Of a stretch of 64,000 nucleotides of DNA, positions 1-10,255 are shown piece by piece; position 1 is the first letter of the stretch, and the number at the start of each line of letters is the position of its first letter. This DNA is from an uncultured Pelagibacteraceae bacterium. GTDB taxonomy: Bacteria > Pseudomonadota > Alphaproteobacteria > Pelagibacterales > Pelagibacteraceae. Under the pieces are notes generated by a model, which did not search any database, was not told where the DNA came from, and saw only the letters and a list, made by a program, of their open reading frames with translations. The stretch is from NCBI GenBank assembly GCA_902569615.1, contig CACFUX010000002.1:739-64738 (forward strand), written 5' to 3'. The translations under genes and the position numbers were made by a program.

Positions 1-2
1 TG

Positions 3-2433
3 CCAGGCGGTGTAAAAGTTGTAGTTATTGGTGGAGGTGTTACAGGCTGCTCAACAGCATATCATTTAGCAAAATTTGGATGGAAAGATACAATTTTACT
101 TGAAAGAGATCAATTAACCTCAGGAACAACTTGGCATGCAGCTGGTTTGGTAAGCCAATTAGGTCCTTCAGCAGGAATAACAAAAATAAGAAAATATTCA
201 CTAGAACTTTATAAAAAACTTGAGAAAGAAATAGATTTTTCAAGTGGACTTAAACTAAATGGAGCTTTGTCTATTGCAACTACACAGGGTAGATGGCAAG
301 AACTTAAAAGACAAGCAACCACTGCACAGTTATACGATGTAAATGTTGAGGTACTCAATATTGATCAAATTAAAAAAATATACCCAATTATTAATGAGCA
401 AAATATTTTAGGTGGAATTTTCATGCCAGGAGATGGTCAAGCTGACCCGATAGGAGTAACAAATTTATTAGCAAAAGCAGCAAGAAAAGAAGGAGTTAAA
501 ATATTTGAAAAATCTCCAGTTGAAAAAATATTAAAAAAGAATGGAAAAGTATTTGGAGTAATAGTTGATGGAAAAAACTATTGAATGTGAATATATAGTT
601 CTAGCAACAGGAATGTGGTCCAGACAAATAGGAGAAGACACAGGTTTTAGCATTCCCTTATATCCTGCAGAACATTTTTATGTAATAACAGAAGGAATTA
701 ATGAAATACCCAAAAATATTCCAGTTCTAAGAGATTTTGATGACCGTTTGTATTTAAAAGAAGATGCAGGAAAAATGCTAATTGGAATATTTGAAGGAAA
801 ATCTATTCCAGCTTTCAATAAAACAAACAGAGTTCCAGATGATTTTTCATATGGTGAGTTCCCTGAGAATTTTGAGCATTTTGAGTCATTCTTAGAAGCA
901 GCATTAAAAAGAGTCCCAATTTTAGAAAAAGCAGGAATAAGAAAATTTTTTTCAGGACCAGAGTCGTTTACTCCAGATACAAATACCCTTTTGGGAGAAG
1001 TACCAGGTTTAAAAAATTTATTTGCATGCTGTGGATTAAATAGTATTGGAATTGGAAGTGGAGGAGGTGTTGGAAAAGTTACTGCTGAATGGATAATGAA
1101 TGGTCATATAAATGAAGATTTATTTATTTACGATATTAAAAGATTTCAAAATTTTCATTCAGAAGTCAATTTTATTAAAGAAAGAATTACCGAAACATTA
1201 GGAGATCTTTATGGAATGCATTGGCCATTTAAACAACATAAAACATCAAGAAATCAAAAATTAGTTCCTTACCATGAAGAATTAAAAAAAGCCGGAGCAT
1301 GTTTTGGAGTTTCAGGTGGCTATGAAAGACCAATGTGGTTTGCATTAGATGGTGAAAAAGCAGAATATGAATATTCTTACAATTATCAAAACTGGTTCCC
1401 GTCAGCTAAATATGAAACAAAAAATACAAGAGAAAATGTTGGTTTATTTGATTTAACACCTTTTTCCAAATATGACTTAAAAGGAAATACAGTACACGAA
1501 GAGCTTCAAAAAATTTGTACAGCAAATATTAAAAATGAAGCAGGTAAATGTACTTATACACAAATGTTAAATAAAGACGGTGGAATAGAAGCAGATTTGA
1601 CAGTTGTTTGTTTAGATGAAAATTATTTTAGAGTAATAACAGCTGCTGCAAATAGAGAACACGATAAATTTCATATTAACAAACATTTATCTAAAGAAGT
1701 AAAATTAATTGATGTTACTGACAATTTTTGTGTTCTTGGTTTGTTTGGCCCCAAAAGCAGAGATTTAATGAAAGAACTAAGCAATGATGATTATTCTAAT
1801 GAAAATTTTAAATTTGGAACTGCTAAATATATTACTGTTAATAGTATTAAATTATGGGCACAGAGATTATCTTATGTGGGTGAACTTGGTTATGAGCTTT
1901 TTGTAAAAAAAGATGATGCAAAAAAAATTTATAATATAATTTTTGAAAAAGGAAAAAAATATAAATTAAGTAACTGTGGTATGCATGCAATGGATATCAT
2001 GAGAATGGAAACTGGTTTTTTGCACTGGGGACATGATATTTCACCAGAGGAAAATCAATACGAGGCAGGATTAAATTTTGCAATTAGTCATAAAAAAAAT
2101 ATAGATTTCATCGGTAAAAAATCTTTAATTAAATTGAGAGATGCAAAACACAAAAAAAAATTTTTAATGTTTACTCTTAATCAAAGCAAACCAGGTGAAC
2201 CTCTGATGCTTCATGATGAACCTATATATATTGATGGAAAAATTGCTGGAAGAACTACTTCTGCAAACTACTCTTTCAATTTTAATAAAAATTTGGCTTT
2301 TGGATACATTAATACTGATGAGGATTTAGAAACAATTAAAAGTAAGTCAGTAGAAATCGAAATAGAAAAAGTAAAATATAATGCAGAAATTTTAACCAAA
2401 CCTCTTAATAAAAAAGATTTCAAAAATTTGTAA
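3..2433 (+). CDS. GcvT-family FAD-dependent oxidoreductase (dimethylglycine/sarcosine dehydrogenase-like), 5'-partial, split by a frameshift near 572-577
   Basis: Frame 3 from base 3 reads VVVIGGGVTGCSTAYHLAK...LTSGTTWHAAGL (FAD-binding) into ORF 147..584. ORF 565..2433 continues with GPESFTPD, GYERP and GELGYEL (GcvT domain). Removing one A from the A6 run joins them as VDGKTIECE. Confidence 0.9.
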
Positions 2434-2466
2434 ATTAGAATAGTTCTAGGCTCTTATTTGTAACCC

Positions 2467-2495
2467 AAATTGGACAAGTACTTCTTGTTCAATTT
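2467..2495. promoter_or_regulatory. Inverted repeat (candidate operator or terminator)
   Basis: aaattggacaag-tactt-cttgttcaattt: 12-bp arms, one mismatch (G-U compatible), between the dehydrogenase stop and the next small ORF. Confidence 0.45.
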
Positions 2496-2522
2496 TATAT
2501 TATGTGGTTAAATATTGATTAT

Positions 2523-2738
2523 ATGAGTGGAGAGCAAATAACAAATAACTCAGTTGAGACCCAAAATTTGGAAGGTGAGCTTCACTCATCAAAAGCTTCT
2601 TCAAAAAAACGAGTAGATATAAACGTTCTTCTAAACAAAGTTAGATCAGCACAAAAAAAAGAAAAAAGAGAATCAACAATTTTCTTTAGTTTAGTAGCAG
2701 TAGTAATAGTTATTACTGGTGTAATAGTTTCAATTTAA
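2523..2738 (+). CDS. Small hypothetical protein with C-terminal transmembrane helix
   Basis: ORF 2502..2738, more likely start ATG 2523. KRVDINVLLNKVR motif followed by hydrophobic tail IFFSLVAVVIVITGVIVSI. Confidence 0.65.
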   Translation: MSGEQITNNSVETQNLEGELHSSKASSKKRVDINVLLNKVRSAQKKEKRESTIFFSLVAVVIVITGVIVSI

Positions 2739-3712
2739 GAGAAAAAAATAATATTATTAATTCTTGAAATTATAGTACTTAGGTTTTTTATATTAATTAA
2801 TCTTTGTTTATTTAAATCAGTAAATATTTTTCCTTGCAAAATATAATAAAGATTGTTTTTATCTTTATATATATCTTTTTGTTTTAATAATATTTTTAAC
2901 TTTCTAATTACTGTTGGTCTGGGAATTCCTGTAAGGTCACTAATTGACATTGCATTTATTCCTTTTTTATCTCCAACTTCTAAAACTTGATCTATCCATT
3001 CTTTTTGATAGTGAGATTTCTTATCAGATTTTTTCATAAACATTATTTGGTTATAAAGCAAGGTTCCAAAAATAAAGAACATTTCCATATCATTATTAAC
3101 TAGTGCTTTTCTTGTAAGAAGATATTTTATTTGATAATCTAAAAAGATTGCTAAAATTTGAGTAAATCTTTCTTTAATTTTTTTAATAAAAAAATCTTTT
3201 TTATAGTAATTTTTTACACTTTGTTCTTTAACTAATAAATATGAAACATATTGTAAAATTTTTGAGAATGAACCTATTGTATTTTCTGGTTTTTGAAGAA
3301 GACCTGCCTTTAAAGTTACAGTAATAGATTTTTTATTCTTTATTAATATTCCATCTTCGACTAACTCTAAAATCTTTCTTCTTGTAGTTTCTTTAGACAG
3401 TCTAAGTTCTTGTGAGATTTGTATTATATTAATTTTTTCTAAATTGAATCTAGGATTCAAATAAAATTGGTTTAGAGATTTAACTTTAAATATTTCATTA
3501 AGCCCAACAAAATTCTCTTTATATAAATATACTATGATATTATATTTATCTAAATCTTTTAAAGCCTCATAAGCTTGTTGAAGCCAAGAAAATTGAAATT
3601 CGACAAATAAATAATGTATAGAGTCATAATTATCACAATATGCGGTATAAACTTTATCCTCGGGAACTTTTGTTGGAATTAATGTATCTATATTTTGTTT
3701 TTCCATTACCAA
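2735..3712 (-). CDS. Putative transcriptional regulator with two winged-HTH domains
   Basis: Two HTH segments: INIIQISQELRLSKETTRRKILEL and INAMSISDLTGIPRPTVIRKLKIL. Confidence 0.7.
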   Translation of the reverse strand: MVMEKQNIDTLIPTKVPEDKVYTAYCDNYDSIHYLFVEFQFSWLQQAYEALKDLDKYNIIVYLYKENFVGLNEIFKVKSLNQFYLNPRFNLEKINIIQISQELRLSKETTRRKILELVEDGILIKNKKSITVTLKAGLLQKPENTIGSFSKILQYVSYLLVKEQSVKNYYKKDFFIKKIKERFTQILAIFLDYQIKYLLTRKALVNNDMEMFFIFGTLLYNQIMFMKKSDKKSHYQKEWIDQVLEVGDKKGINAMSISDLTGIPRPTVIRKLKILLKQKDIYKDKNNLYYILQGKIFTDLNKQRLINIKNLSTIISRINNIIFFS

Positions 3713-3761
3713 TATTATTTTTTAAAAAAACAAATAGCAAATATTTTTTGAAATAAACTTT

Positions 3762-4796
3762 TTATTTAGAAAAGGTATCGTTAAATTGATTGCTTACTCT
3801 TACAAAAGTAGTACATTTACTAAGTTGTTTTAGAGATGGAGCACCTACATATGTACAGCTACTTCTAACACCGCCCAATATATTTAAAATGGTATCATTT
3901 ATTTTTCCTCTATATTTTACTCTAACCGTTCTTCCTTCGCTGCTTCTATAATCTGATAATCCACCATAATGTTTTTTGTTAGCAACATCAGAACTTGAAC
4001 CATAAAACTCTATAAATTTTGATCCATTAGATTTTACCAATTTGCCTTTACCTTCATCATGACCTGCCAACATTCCACCAAGCATAACAAAATCTGCTCC
4101 ACCACCAAAACCTTTTGCTACATCACCTGGGCATGTACATCCGCCATCTGCAATTATATGTGCTCCTAATCCATGAGCGGCATCAGCACATTCAATCACA
4201 GCACTTAATTGTGGGTAGCCTACACCTGTTTGAATTCTTGTTGTACAAACACTCCCTGGACCAATACCTACTTTTACTATATCTGCTCCACTTAAAACCA
4301 ATTCTTGAGTCATATCTGCTGTAACAACATTACCTGCGATAATTGTTTTAGTTGGGAATTTATCTCTGACTGATTTAATAAAACTGGTAAAATGCTCTGA
4401 ATATCCATTTGCAACATCTATACAAATGAATTTAAAAAAACTGAATTCTTTCATTATTTTATCTAGATTGTCAAAATCCTCTTTTTTAATACCAATACTA
4501 AGCGCAATGTTTTGATACATAGATTTAATTTTTTTAAATTGTTTTAACTTTTTAACGTCATGCTGTTTTGTTAAACAAGTAATCATTTTGAATTCATTTA
4601 ATTTTTCGGCAATACCAAGTTCACCCACACCATCCATGTTTGCTGCCATGATCGGTATTCCTGACCATTCATTTTTACTGTGCTTAAATCTATATGTCCT
4701 AAGAAGGTTTACATCTTTTCTACTTTTAAGGGTGCTTCTCTTAGGCCTAAATAATACGTCAGAGTAGTCTAGTTTTAATTCTTCTTCAATTCTCAT
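3762..4796 (-). CDS. guaC: GMP reductase
   Basis: KLDYSDVLFRPKRSTLKSR, IDVANGYSEHF, KVGIGPGSVCTTR and YRSSEGR motifs. Confidence 0.96.
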   Translation of the reverse strand: MRIEEELKLDYSDVLFRPKRSTLKSRKDVNLLRTYRFKHSKNEWSGIPIMAANMDGVGELGIAEKLNEFKMITCLTKQHDVKKLKQFKKIKSMYQNIALSIGIKKEDFDNLDKIMKEFSFFKFICIDVANGYSEHFTSFIKSVRDKFPTKTIIAGNVVTADMTQELVLSGADIVKVGIGPGSVCTTRIQTGVGYPQLSAVIECADAAHGLGAHIIADGGCTCPGDVAKGFGGGADFVMLGGMLAGHDEGKGKLVKSNGSKFIEFYGSSSDVANKKHYGGLSDYRSSEGRTVRVKYRGKINDTILNILGGVRSSCTYVGAPSLKQLSKCTTFVRVSNQFNDTFSK

Positions 4797-4845
4797 CGAT
4801 CATGAAACTATCTACGAAAAACATTATTTCAATTGAATTCTACCT

Positions 4846-4854
4846 TGTGGATAA
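4846..4854 (-). promoter_or_regulatory. Consensus DnaA box
   Basis: tgtggataa is the reverse complement of TTATCCACA, in the divergent guaC/tRNA intergenic region. Single copy. Confidence 0.4.
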
Positions 4855-4900
4855 GTATTGAAACAAAATATAAAACTATTATAAATCAACAGAAATAAGT

Positions 4901-4977
4901 GGCGGGGTAGCTCAGTTGGTTAGAGCGCGGGACTCATAAGCCCGAGGTCAGTGGTTCGATCCCACTTCCCGCTACCA
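4901..4977 (+). tRNA. tRNA-Met (CAT), elongator type
   Basis: Full cloverleaf GGCGGGGTAGCTCAGTTGGTTAGAGC...CT CAT AA...GGTTCGATCC...ACCA. Anticodon at 4935-4937. G2-C71/C3-G70 pairs and encoded CCA. Confidence 0.95.
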
Positions 4978-4988
4978 AATGAATATTT

Positions 4989-5693
4989 TTATCTAATAAT
5001 TTTTTTAAGTTTAGCTAAATTCATAGTTTGATTTAAAGGTTGATTAATCTTCTTTTTAGCAATTATTTTTCTGACGTTTGAATTATATTTTTTTGCAAAT
5101 GTATAAACTGATTGAGATTTGCCACCTACATTTATTATACCTTTTTTATTTAGTAGTTTTGGAAGAATTTTGACTAAATCTTCATGAAACATAAAGTTAC
5201 TTTTAAGATTTGAATATCCTTTTTTATGTACAAAAGGTTTTTCTGTCATTGTTATTCTTAAAATTAATGAGTTCTTATACATATTAACTGCACATTCGCC
5301 ACCGAGTTTAGATAAACCATAATTATTAAATGGTTTAACAGGATCTGATTCTGAATAGTTCCCCTTTAAACCTGGATAAACATATCCTGTAGAAAAATAA
5401 ATTAATTTTATATTATATTTTTTGCATATTTTTGTAACGTTACAAGTTCCAATAATATTTAAATCTATACTTTTTTGAATACTTGTATCATGAATCTTCA
5501 TTGGTCTTGATAGCGCTGCGGAGTGAATTATTATTTTTGGTTTTATTTTTTTTACAATTTTTTCAATAGAATTTAAATTAAGAATATTACACTGTTTCTT
5601 TGTTGCAAAAAATAAATTTAAATTTCTAGATTTTTTTTTTAAAACTTGAGCGAATCTTCCTTCTCCACCAGTAATAAGAATTTTATTTTTCAC
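4989..5693 (-). CDS. rmlD: dTDP-4-dehydrorhamnose reductase family protein
   Basis: ILITGGEG Rossmann motif, YGLSK catalytic motif, last gene of the rml operon. Confidence 0.82.
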   Translation of the reverse strand: MKNKILITGGEGRFAQVLKKKSRNLNLFFATKKQCNILNLNSIEKIVKKIKPKIIIHSAALSRPMKIHDTSIQKSIDLNIIGTCNVTKICKKYNIKLIYFSTGYVYPGLKGNYSESDPVKPFNNYGLSKLGGECAVNMYKNSLILRITMTEKPFVHKKGYSNLKSNFMFHEDLVKILPKLLNKKGIINVGGKSQSVYTFAKKYNSNVRKIIAKKKINQPLNQTMNLAKLKKIIR

Positions 5694-6217
5694 AAATTAA
5701 TTTTTCTTTTAAATTTTTCAAAAGATTGCGCATTTTTATCTTTCTTTGAAATTATAGGTTTTTTCACCGGCCAACTAATTTTTAATTTTTTATCATTATA
5801 TCTTATTGAAGATTCACTGCCTGCATGTCTATATTTTGTGCAACTGTAAATAACATAATTTTCTTTATCTAATGAGCAAAACCCATGGGCAAATCCAGGG
5901 GGTATAAAAATTGATTTACCGTTTTTTTCACTAAGTATACATTTAAAAACTTTTCCAAATGTTTTTGAATTTTTTCTTAAATCTAAAGCAACATCAAAAA
6001 TTCTTCCTTTAAGAACAGTTACAAATTTTCCTTGAGGTTTTTTAAGCTGAATATGCAAACCCCTTATAACATTTTTTTTTGAAAAGGACATGACTGTAAA
6101 TGGAAATTTTTTTTTTAAATTTTTTTCCAATAGTAATTCTTTAAAATATCCTCTTTTATCCTTAAAAGATATATTTTGAAATAAAACTAAATCTTTAAAT
6201 TTTGTTTTTAAAATCAT
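5690..6217 (-). CDS. rmlC: dTDP-4-dehydrorhamnose 3,5-epimerase
   Basis: DKRGYF, VIRGLHIQ, FDVALDLRKNS and IPPGFAHGF motifs. Confidence 0.95.
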   Translation of the reverse strand: MILKTKFKDLVLFQNISFKDKRGYFKELLLEKNLKKKFPFTVMSFSKKNVIRGLHIQLKKPQGKFVTVLKGRIFDVALDLRKNSKTFGKVFKCILSEKNGKSIFIPPGFAHGFCSLDKENYVIYSCTKYRHAGSESSIRYNDKKLKISWPVKKPIISKKDKNAQSFEKFKRKINL

Positions 6218-7087
6218 TTAAGATATTAGTTTTTTAAGATAATTTGAATAGTTACATTTACCATAAAACTTAATTGACTCTTTAATGTGCTTTTTGGAAA
6301 TCCATCTATTATTTAAGGCAATTTCTTCCAAGCACGCTATTTTAAATCCTTGTCTATTTTCAATCGCTGAAACAAAAGAACTTGTTTTATAAAAATCATC
6401 AATAGATCCAGTATCTAACCAAGCACCTCCTCTACCGATATAATCTGCTTTTAATTGTTTTAATGATTGATATTTCTTAATAAGATCGGTTATTTCTAGC
6501 TCACCGCGTCTTGAAGGTTTAAGTTTTTTTGCATATTCACTCACTTTTTTGTCAAAAAAATATAATCCTGTAATAGCCAAATCTGAAAAAAAATTTTTAG
6601 GCTTTTCTTTAATTCCAATCACTTTATTTTTTTTATCAATTTTTGCTACACCATATGCTTCTGGTTTAGCAACCTTATGTAGTAAAATTTTTGCACCAGA
6701 TTTAAGTTTTACACATGATTTTAATTTTTGTGACAAATATTGCCCGTAAAAAAAATTATCTCCCAGAATAAGAGCAACATTTTTCTTATTTATAAATTTT
6801 TCTCCTAATATAAATGCATCAGGCAAACCTTTTGGTTTTGCTTGTTCAGCATAAGATAATTTAATTCCAAGTCTTTTTCCATTAGGTAGTATTTTTTTAT
6901 ATTGTTCTAATTGCCCCTTATTTACTACAATTAAAATATCTTTTATTTTAGCAAGCATTAATATTGATAGTGGATAAAATATTAATGGCTTATCATAAAT
7001 AGGTAAAAGTTGTTTGTTAACTGCTTTTGTTAAAGGACTCATTCGTGTTCCTTTACCTCCGGCTAATATAATTCCTTTATTAATCAT
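6218..7087 (-). CDS. rmlA: Glucose-1-phosphate thymidylyltransferase
   Basis: GIILAGGKGTRMSPLT, KQLLPIYDKP, RGELEITD and WLDTG motifs. Confidence 0.95.
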   Translation of the reverse strand: MINKGIILAGGKGTRMSPLTKAVNKQLLPIYDKPLIFYPLSILMLAKIKDILIVVNKGQLEQYKKILPNGKRLGIKLSYAEQAKPKGLPDAFILGEKFINKKNVALILGDNFFYGQYLSQKLKSCVKLKSGAKILLHKVAKPEAYGVAKIDKKNKVIGIKEKPKNFFSDLAITGLYFFDKKVSEYAKKLKPSRRGELEITDLIKKYQSLKQLKADYIGRGGAWLDTGSIDDFYKTSSFVSAIENRQGFKIACLEEIALNNRWISKKHIKESIKFYGKCNYSNYLKKLIS

Positions 7088-8103
7088 AACTTACCTAATC
7101 TTTTTACTATATCTTTTTTATTTAATTTAGAAAAATAACTTTTATTATCTTTGTACCAAATTAAGGTTTTTTTAAGACCTACATTTAAATTTGTTTTAGA
7201 CTTCCAACCAATTTCTTTTTTTATTTTATTGCTATTAATAGCATACCTAAAATCATGACCTGGTCTATCTGGTATGAATTTTATTTTTACTTTATTTCCT
7301 AATTTAATATGTTTTTTTGCGATCTTTAATAATTTTTTTACGATTGAAATATTATTCAAGTTAATATTTGATCCTATATTGTAAAAATTTCCAATTTTTC
7401 CTTTTCTAAAAATTTTTATTAAAGCATCACAATGATCATCAACATATATCCACTCTCTTGAATTTTTGCCTTTTCCATATATAGGAAGAGGTTTATTATT
7501 TAAAATATTATAAATTATTTTTGGTATTAACTTTTCCCCATGTTGTCTGGGCCCATAATTATTTGAACAGTTAGTAATTATTGCAGGTATTTTATATGTT
7601 CGAACATATGAGTATACTAAATGATCCGATGCTGCTTTTGATGCAGAATAAGGGGAACTGGGTATGTAAGCATCACTTTCTTTTGACCTTCCAGCTAAAA
7701 CGTCTCCATAAACTTCATCAGTAGAAATATGAATCAATTTTACTTTTTTATTTTTTTTATAGTAGCTTTTGAATGCCTCGAGCAAACTATAAACACCTAA
7801 AATATTAGAACTTATAAAATTTTTCGGATCATCTATAGATCTATCTACATGTGTTTCAGCCGCTAAATTAAAAATACCAATAGGTTTAAATTTAAACAAA
7901 ATTCTCTCTAATTTTTTTTTGTTTTGAATATCTAATTTAAAAAATTTATATTTTTTATTCGATATATACTCTTTTGTATTATAAAAATTAGAGGCATAGC
8001 TTACTTTATCGACGTTTATTACATAAAAGTTTTTTTCTAAAAGCTGTTTAATTAGATTACTACCAATGAAACCAAGGCCTCCAGTAACCAAAATTTTTTG
8101 CAT
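7084..8103 (-). CDS. rmlB: dTDP-glucose 4,6-dehydratase
   Basis: LVTGGLGFIGSN, AAETHVDRSI, HISTDEVYG, YSASK and DRPGHD motifs. Confidence 0.96.
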   Translation of the reverse strand: MQKILVTGGLGFIGSNLIKQLLEKNFYVINVDKVSYASNFYNTKEYISNKKYKFFKLDIQNKKKLERILFKFKPIGIFNLAAETHVDRSIDDPKNFISSNILGVYSLLEAFKSYYKKNKKVKLIHISTDEVYGDVLAGRSKESDAYIPSSPYSASKAASDHLVYSYVRTYKIPAIITNCSNNYGPRQHGEKLIPKIIYNILNNKPLPIYGKGKNSREWIYVDDHCDALIKIFRKGKIGNFYNIGSNINLNNISIVKKLLKIAKKHIKLGNKVKIKFIPDRPGHDFRYAINSNKIKKEIGWKSKTNLNVGLKKTLIWYKDNKSYFSKLNKKDIVKRLGKL

Positions 8104-8150
8104 AATTTTTTTTACAATAATATATGGTTTAAGTATAGTTCTTTATTTAA

Positions 8151-9008
8151 ATGATTTTGAATCTTAAAAACATAACCTTTATTATTGTAAGTTATAAAAG
8201 TGACGGTGTGATTGAGGCTTGTATAAAATCTCTACCTAAAAATTCAAAAATTATAATTATAGAAAATTCCAAAAATTTTAAGATTAAAGATAAATTTAAA
8301 AACAATAGAAAAATTAAAGTAATACTCAACAATAACATAGGAATGGGTGCAGCAAATAATATTGGTTTAAAAAAAAGCAAAACACAATTTGCTTATATTT
8401 TAAATCCCGATGTTAGATTTAATAAAAGTACATTTAAAAATTTAATTAATGCTGTAAATCAAATAGATGATTTTGCAATTATATCTCCAAAAAATAGTAA
8501 TTTAAAATATCCAAACTATAAAATTTCTGAAGGAAATCATATTAACAAAAATATTTTAAATGCTAAATATCTTGATGGGTTTTCAATGCTTATTAATAAA
8601 AAAAAATTTAAAAATAAATATTTTGACGAAAATTTTTTTTTATATTTAGAAAATAATGATTTATGCAAAAGAATCAAATCTCTTGGTGAAAATATTTATA
8701 TTATAAAAAATTCTTCAGTTAAACATTTGGGTGCATCATCAGCTAATTCTAAATTTTCGCAAAAAATAGAATATTTAAGAAATTGGCATTGGATGTGGTC
8801 TAAATATTTTTATAACAAAAAGCATTACGGTTTTTTAGTTGCTTTATTTAGAGTAACTCCAAATTTATTGTCTTCTATTTTCAAATATTTATTCTTTTCA
8901 TTCTTTATTAATGAAGAAAAAAAAATGATTTATAAAATGAGATATCTTGGAATTATTAATAGTATATTTAGTAGAAAGTCATGGATGAGAATTGAAAATA
9001 TTACATAA
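8151..9008 (+). CDS. Glycosyltransferase family 2 (possible rhamnosyltransferase)
   Basis: IIVSY, LNPD and FDENFFLYLENNDLC motifs; divergent from the rml operon. Confidence 0.85.
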   Translation: MILNLKNITFIIVSYKSDGVIEACIKSLPKNSKIIIIENSKNFKIKDKFKNNRKIKVILNNNIGMGAANNIGLKKSKTQFAYILNPDVRFNKSTFKNLINAVNQIDDFAIISPKNSNLKYPNYKISEGNHINKNILNAKYLDGFSMLINKKKFKNKYFDENFFLYLENNDLCKRIKSLGENIYIIKNSSVKHLGASSANSKFSQKIEYLRNWHWMWSKYFYNKKHYGFLVALFRVTPNLLSSIFKYLFFSFFINEEKKMIYKMRYLGIINSIFSRKSWMRIENIT

Positions 9009-9681
9009 ATTTTTTTTCAAATTCTTCTTTTGATATAATTCTCATATATTTTTTGTGATTATTATAAAAATCTTTGAATTTTAGATCTTTAATATTTTTA
9101 TCAATTTCTAATTTATCTGTATTTTTTTTATTTTGTATAACTGCGATACCTTGATCAACTTCACAAGTAAAGATTTCTACATTTTCCAAAGATCTCAGTT
9201 CTACTATTGCTTTCCACACATCTCCATTCCAGCTCATTCTGTATCTAGGCACTGCTTGTTTTGAAATAGAGTCAGGCAAACAATCATGTACTAAAACAAT
9301 TCCATTATCATTTAAATTTTTTAATGAATTAATTATATCTTTTTTAACTTGTTGATACTCATGTAGCCCATCAATAAAAACTAAATCAAAGTTTTTATTA
9401 TTACTTAAAAAAAATTGATCACTTGTTAGCTTTACATTTCCACCACTAACAGGGTCTACACCAATTTTATTTTTTATTTTTATCTTTGAAAATAATTCGT
9501 CATTATCACAACCTATTTCAAGATAGTTATTAAATACTCTTCTGCTACATAGATACTCTATCAAATTCCATCTAAAAAAATTCTCAGGGAAATTAAAGTT
9601 CAATTTTTTATTAAATCTTTCGATAAATAAGAAATGATAAATTTTATTAAATATTTTTTTGGATTTACTTAATTTTTCCAT
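9001..9681 (-). CDS. Class I SAM-dependent methyltransferase (Methyltransf_24-like)
   Basis: YLEIGC, FDLVFIDGLHEY and VLVHDCLP motifs. Confidence 0.8.
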   Translation of the reverse strand: MEKLSKSKKIFNKIYHFLFIERFNKKLNFNFPENFFRWNLIEYLCSRRVFNNYLEIGCDNDELFSKIKIKNKIGVDPVSGGNVKLTSDQFFLSNNKNFDLVFIDGLHEYQQVKKDIINSLKNLNDNGIVLVHDCLPDSISKQAVPRYRMSWNGDVWKAIVELRSLENVEIFTCEVDQGIAVIQNKKNTDKLEIDKNIKDLKFKDFYNNHKKYMRIISKEEFEKKFM

Positions 9682-9686
9682 TTAAA

Positions 9687-10214
9687 TTAGTGTCCTGGGA
9701 AGTCCATTAAATTTTCAACTTTGTAACCAGACTTTAATAGTTTTTCGCAACCACCTAAATCAAAAAGATTTATAACAAAGATAAAACCTGAAACAGAGCC
9801 TTTTGATATTTCAACTAGTTTTGCAGCAGCTTCTGCTGTTCCTCCAGTTGCAATTAAATCATCGATGATCAAAACAGAGTCATTTTCACTAATCGAATCC
9901 TTATGAACTTCAATAGTTGCAGTTCCATATTCGAGTTGAAAATCAACTGAATGTGTTTCAGCAGGCAGTTTATTTTTTTTTCTTAAAAGAATAAAAGGTT
10001 TGTTAATTAAATACGAAACTGCTGATGCAAAAACAAATCCTCTTGATTCAATAGCTGCAATTTTATCAATTTTGAATTTTTTAGTTTTTTCTACAATTTG
10101 CTCTATGCATTCTTTAAAGGCTTTTTCATTTTTAATTAATGTTGTTATGTCTCTAAAAAGAATTCCTTTTTTTGGATAGTCTTGAATTGATCTAATATAA
10201 TCTTTTAAATCCAT
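9687..10214 (-). CDS. apt: Adenine phosphoribosyltransferase
   Basis: DYPKKGILFRDITT, IESRGF and IIDDLIATGGT motifs. Confidence 0.96.
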   Translation of the reverse strand: MDLKDYIRSIQDYPKKGILFRDITTLIKNEKAFKECIEQIVEKTKKFKIDKIAAIESRGFVFASAVSYLINKPFILLRKKNKLPAETHSVDFQLEYGTATIEVHKDSISENDSVLIIDDLIATGGTAEAAAKLVEISKGSVSGFIFVINLFDLGGCEKLLKSGYKVENLMDFPGH

Positions 10215-10255
10215 AATAAATTACGATATATAAATAAATAAATTATTTTTTTAAT

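Noticed and set aside
4928-4944. A-G mismatch at the base of the tRNA-Met anticodon stem as a sign of a pseudo-tRNA
   Set aside because: The rest of the cloverleaf and the CCA end are intact, and to my knowledge this mismatch occurs in other bacterial elongator tRNA-Met genes.
4901-9681. rml/glycosyltransferase block as a tRNA-Met-anchored mobile island
   Set aside because: I found no duplicated tRNA-Met fragment or mobility gene; it is a small block running straight into core genes.
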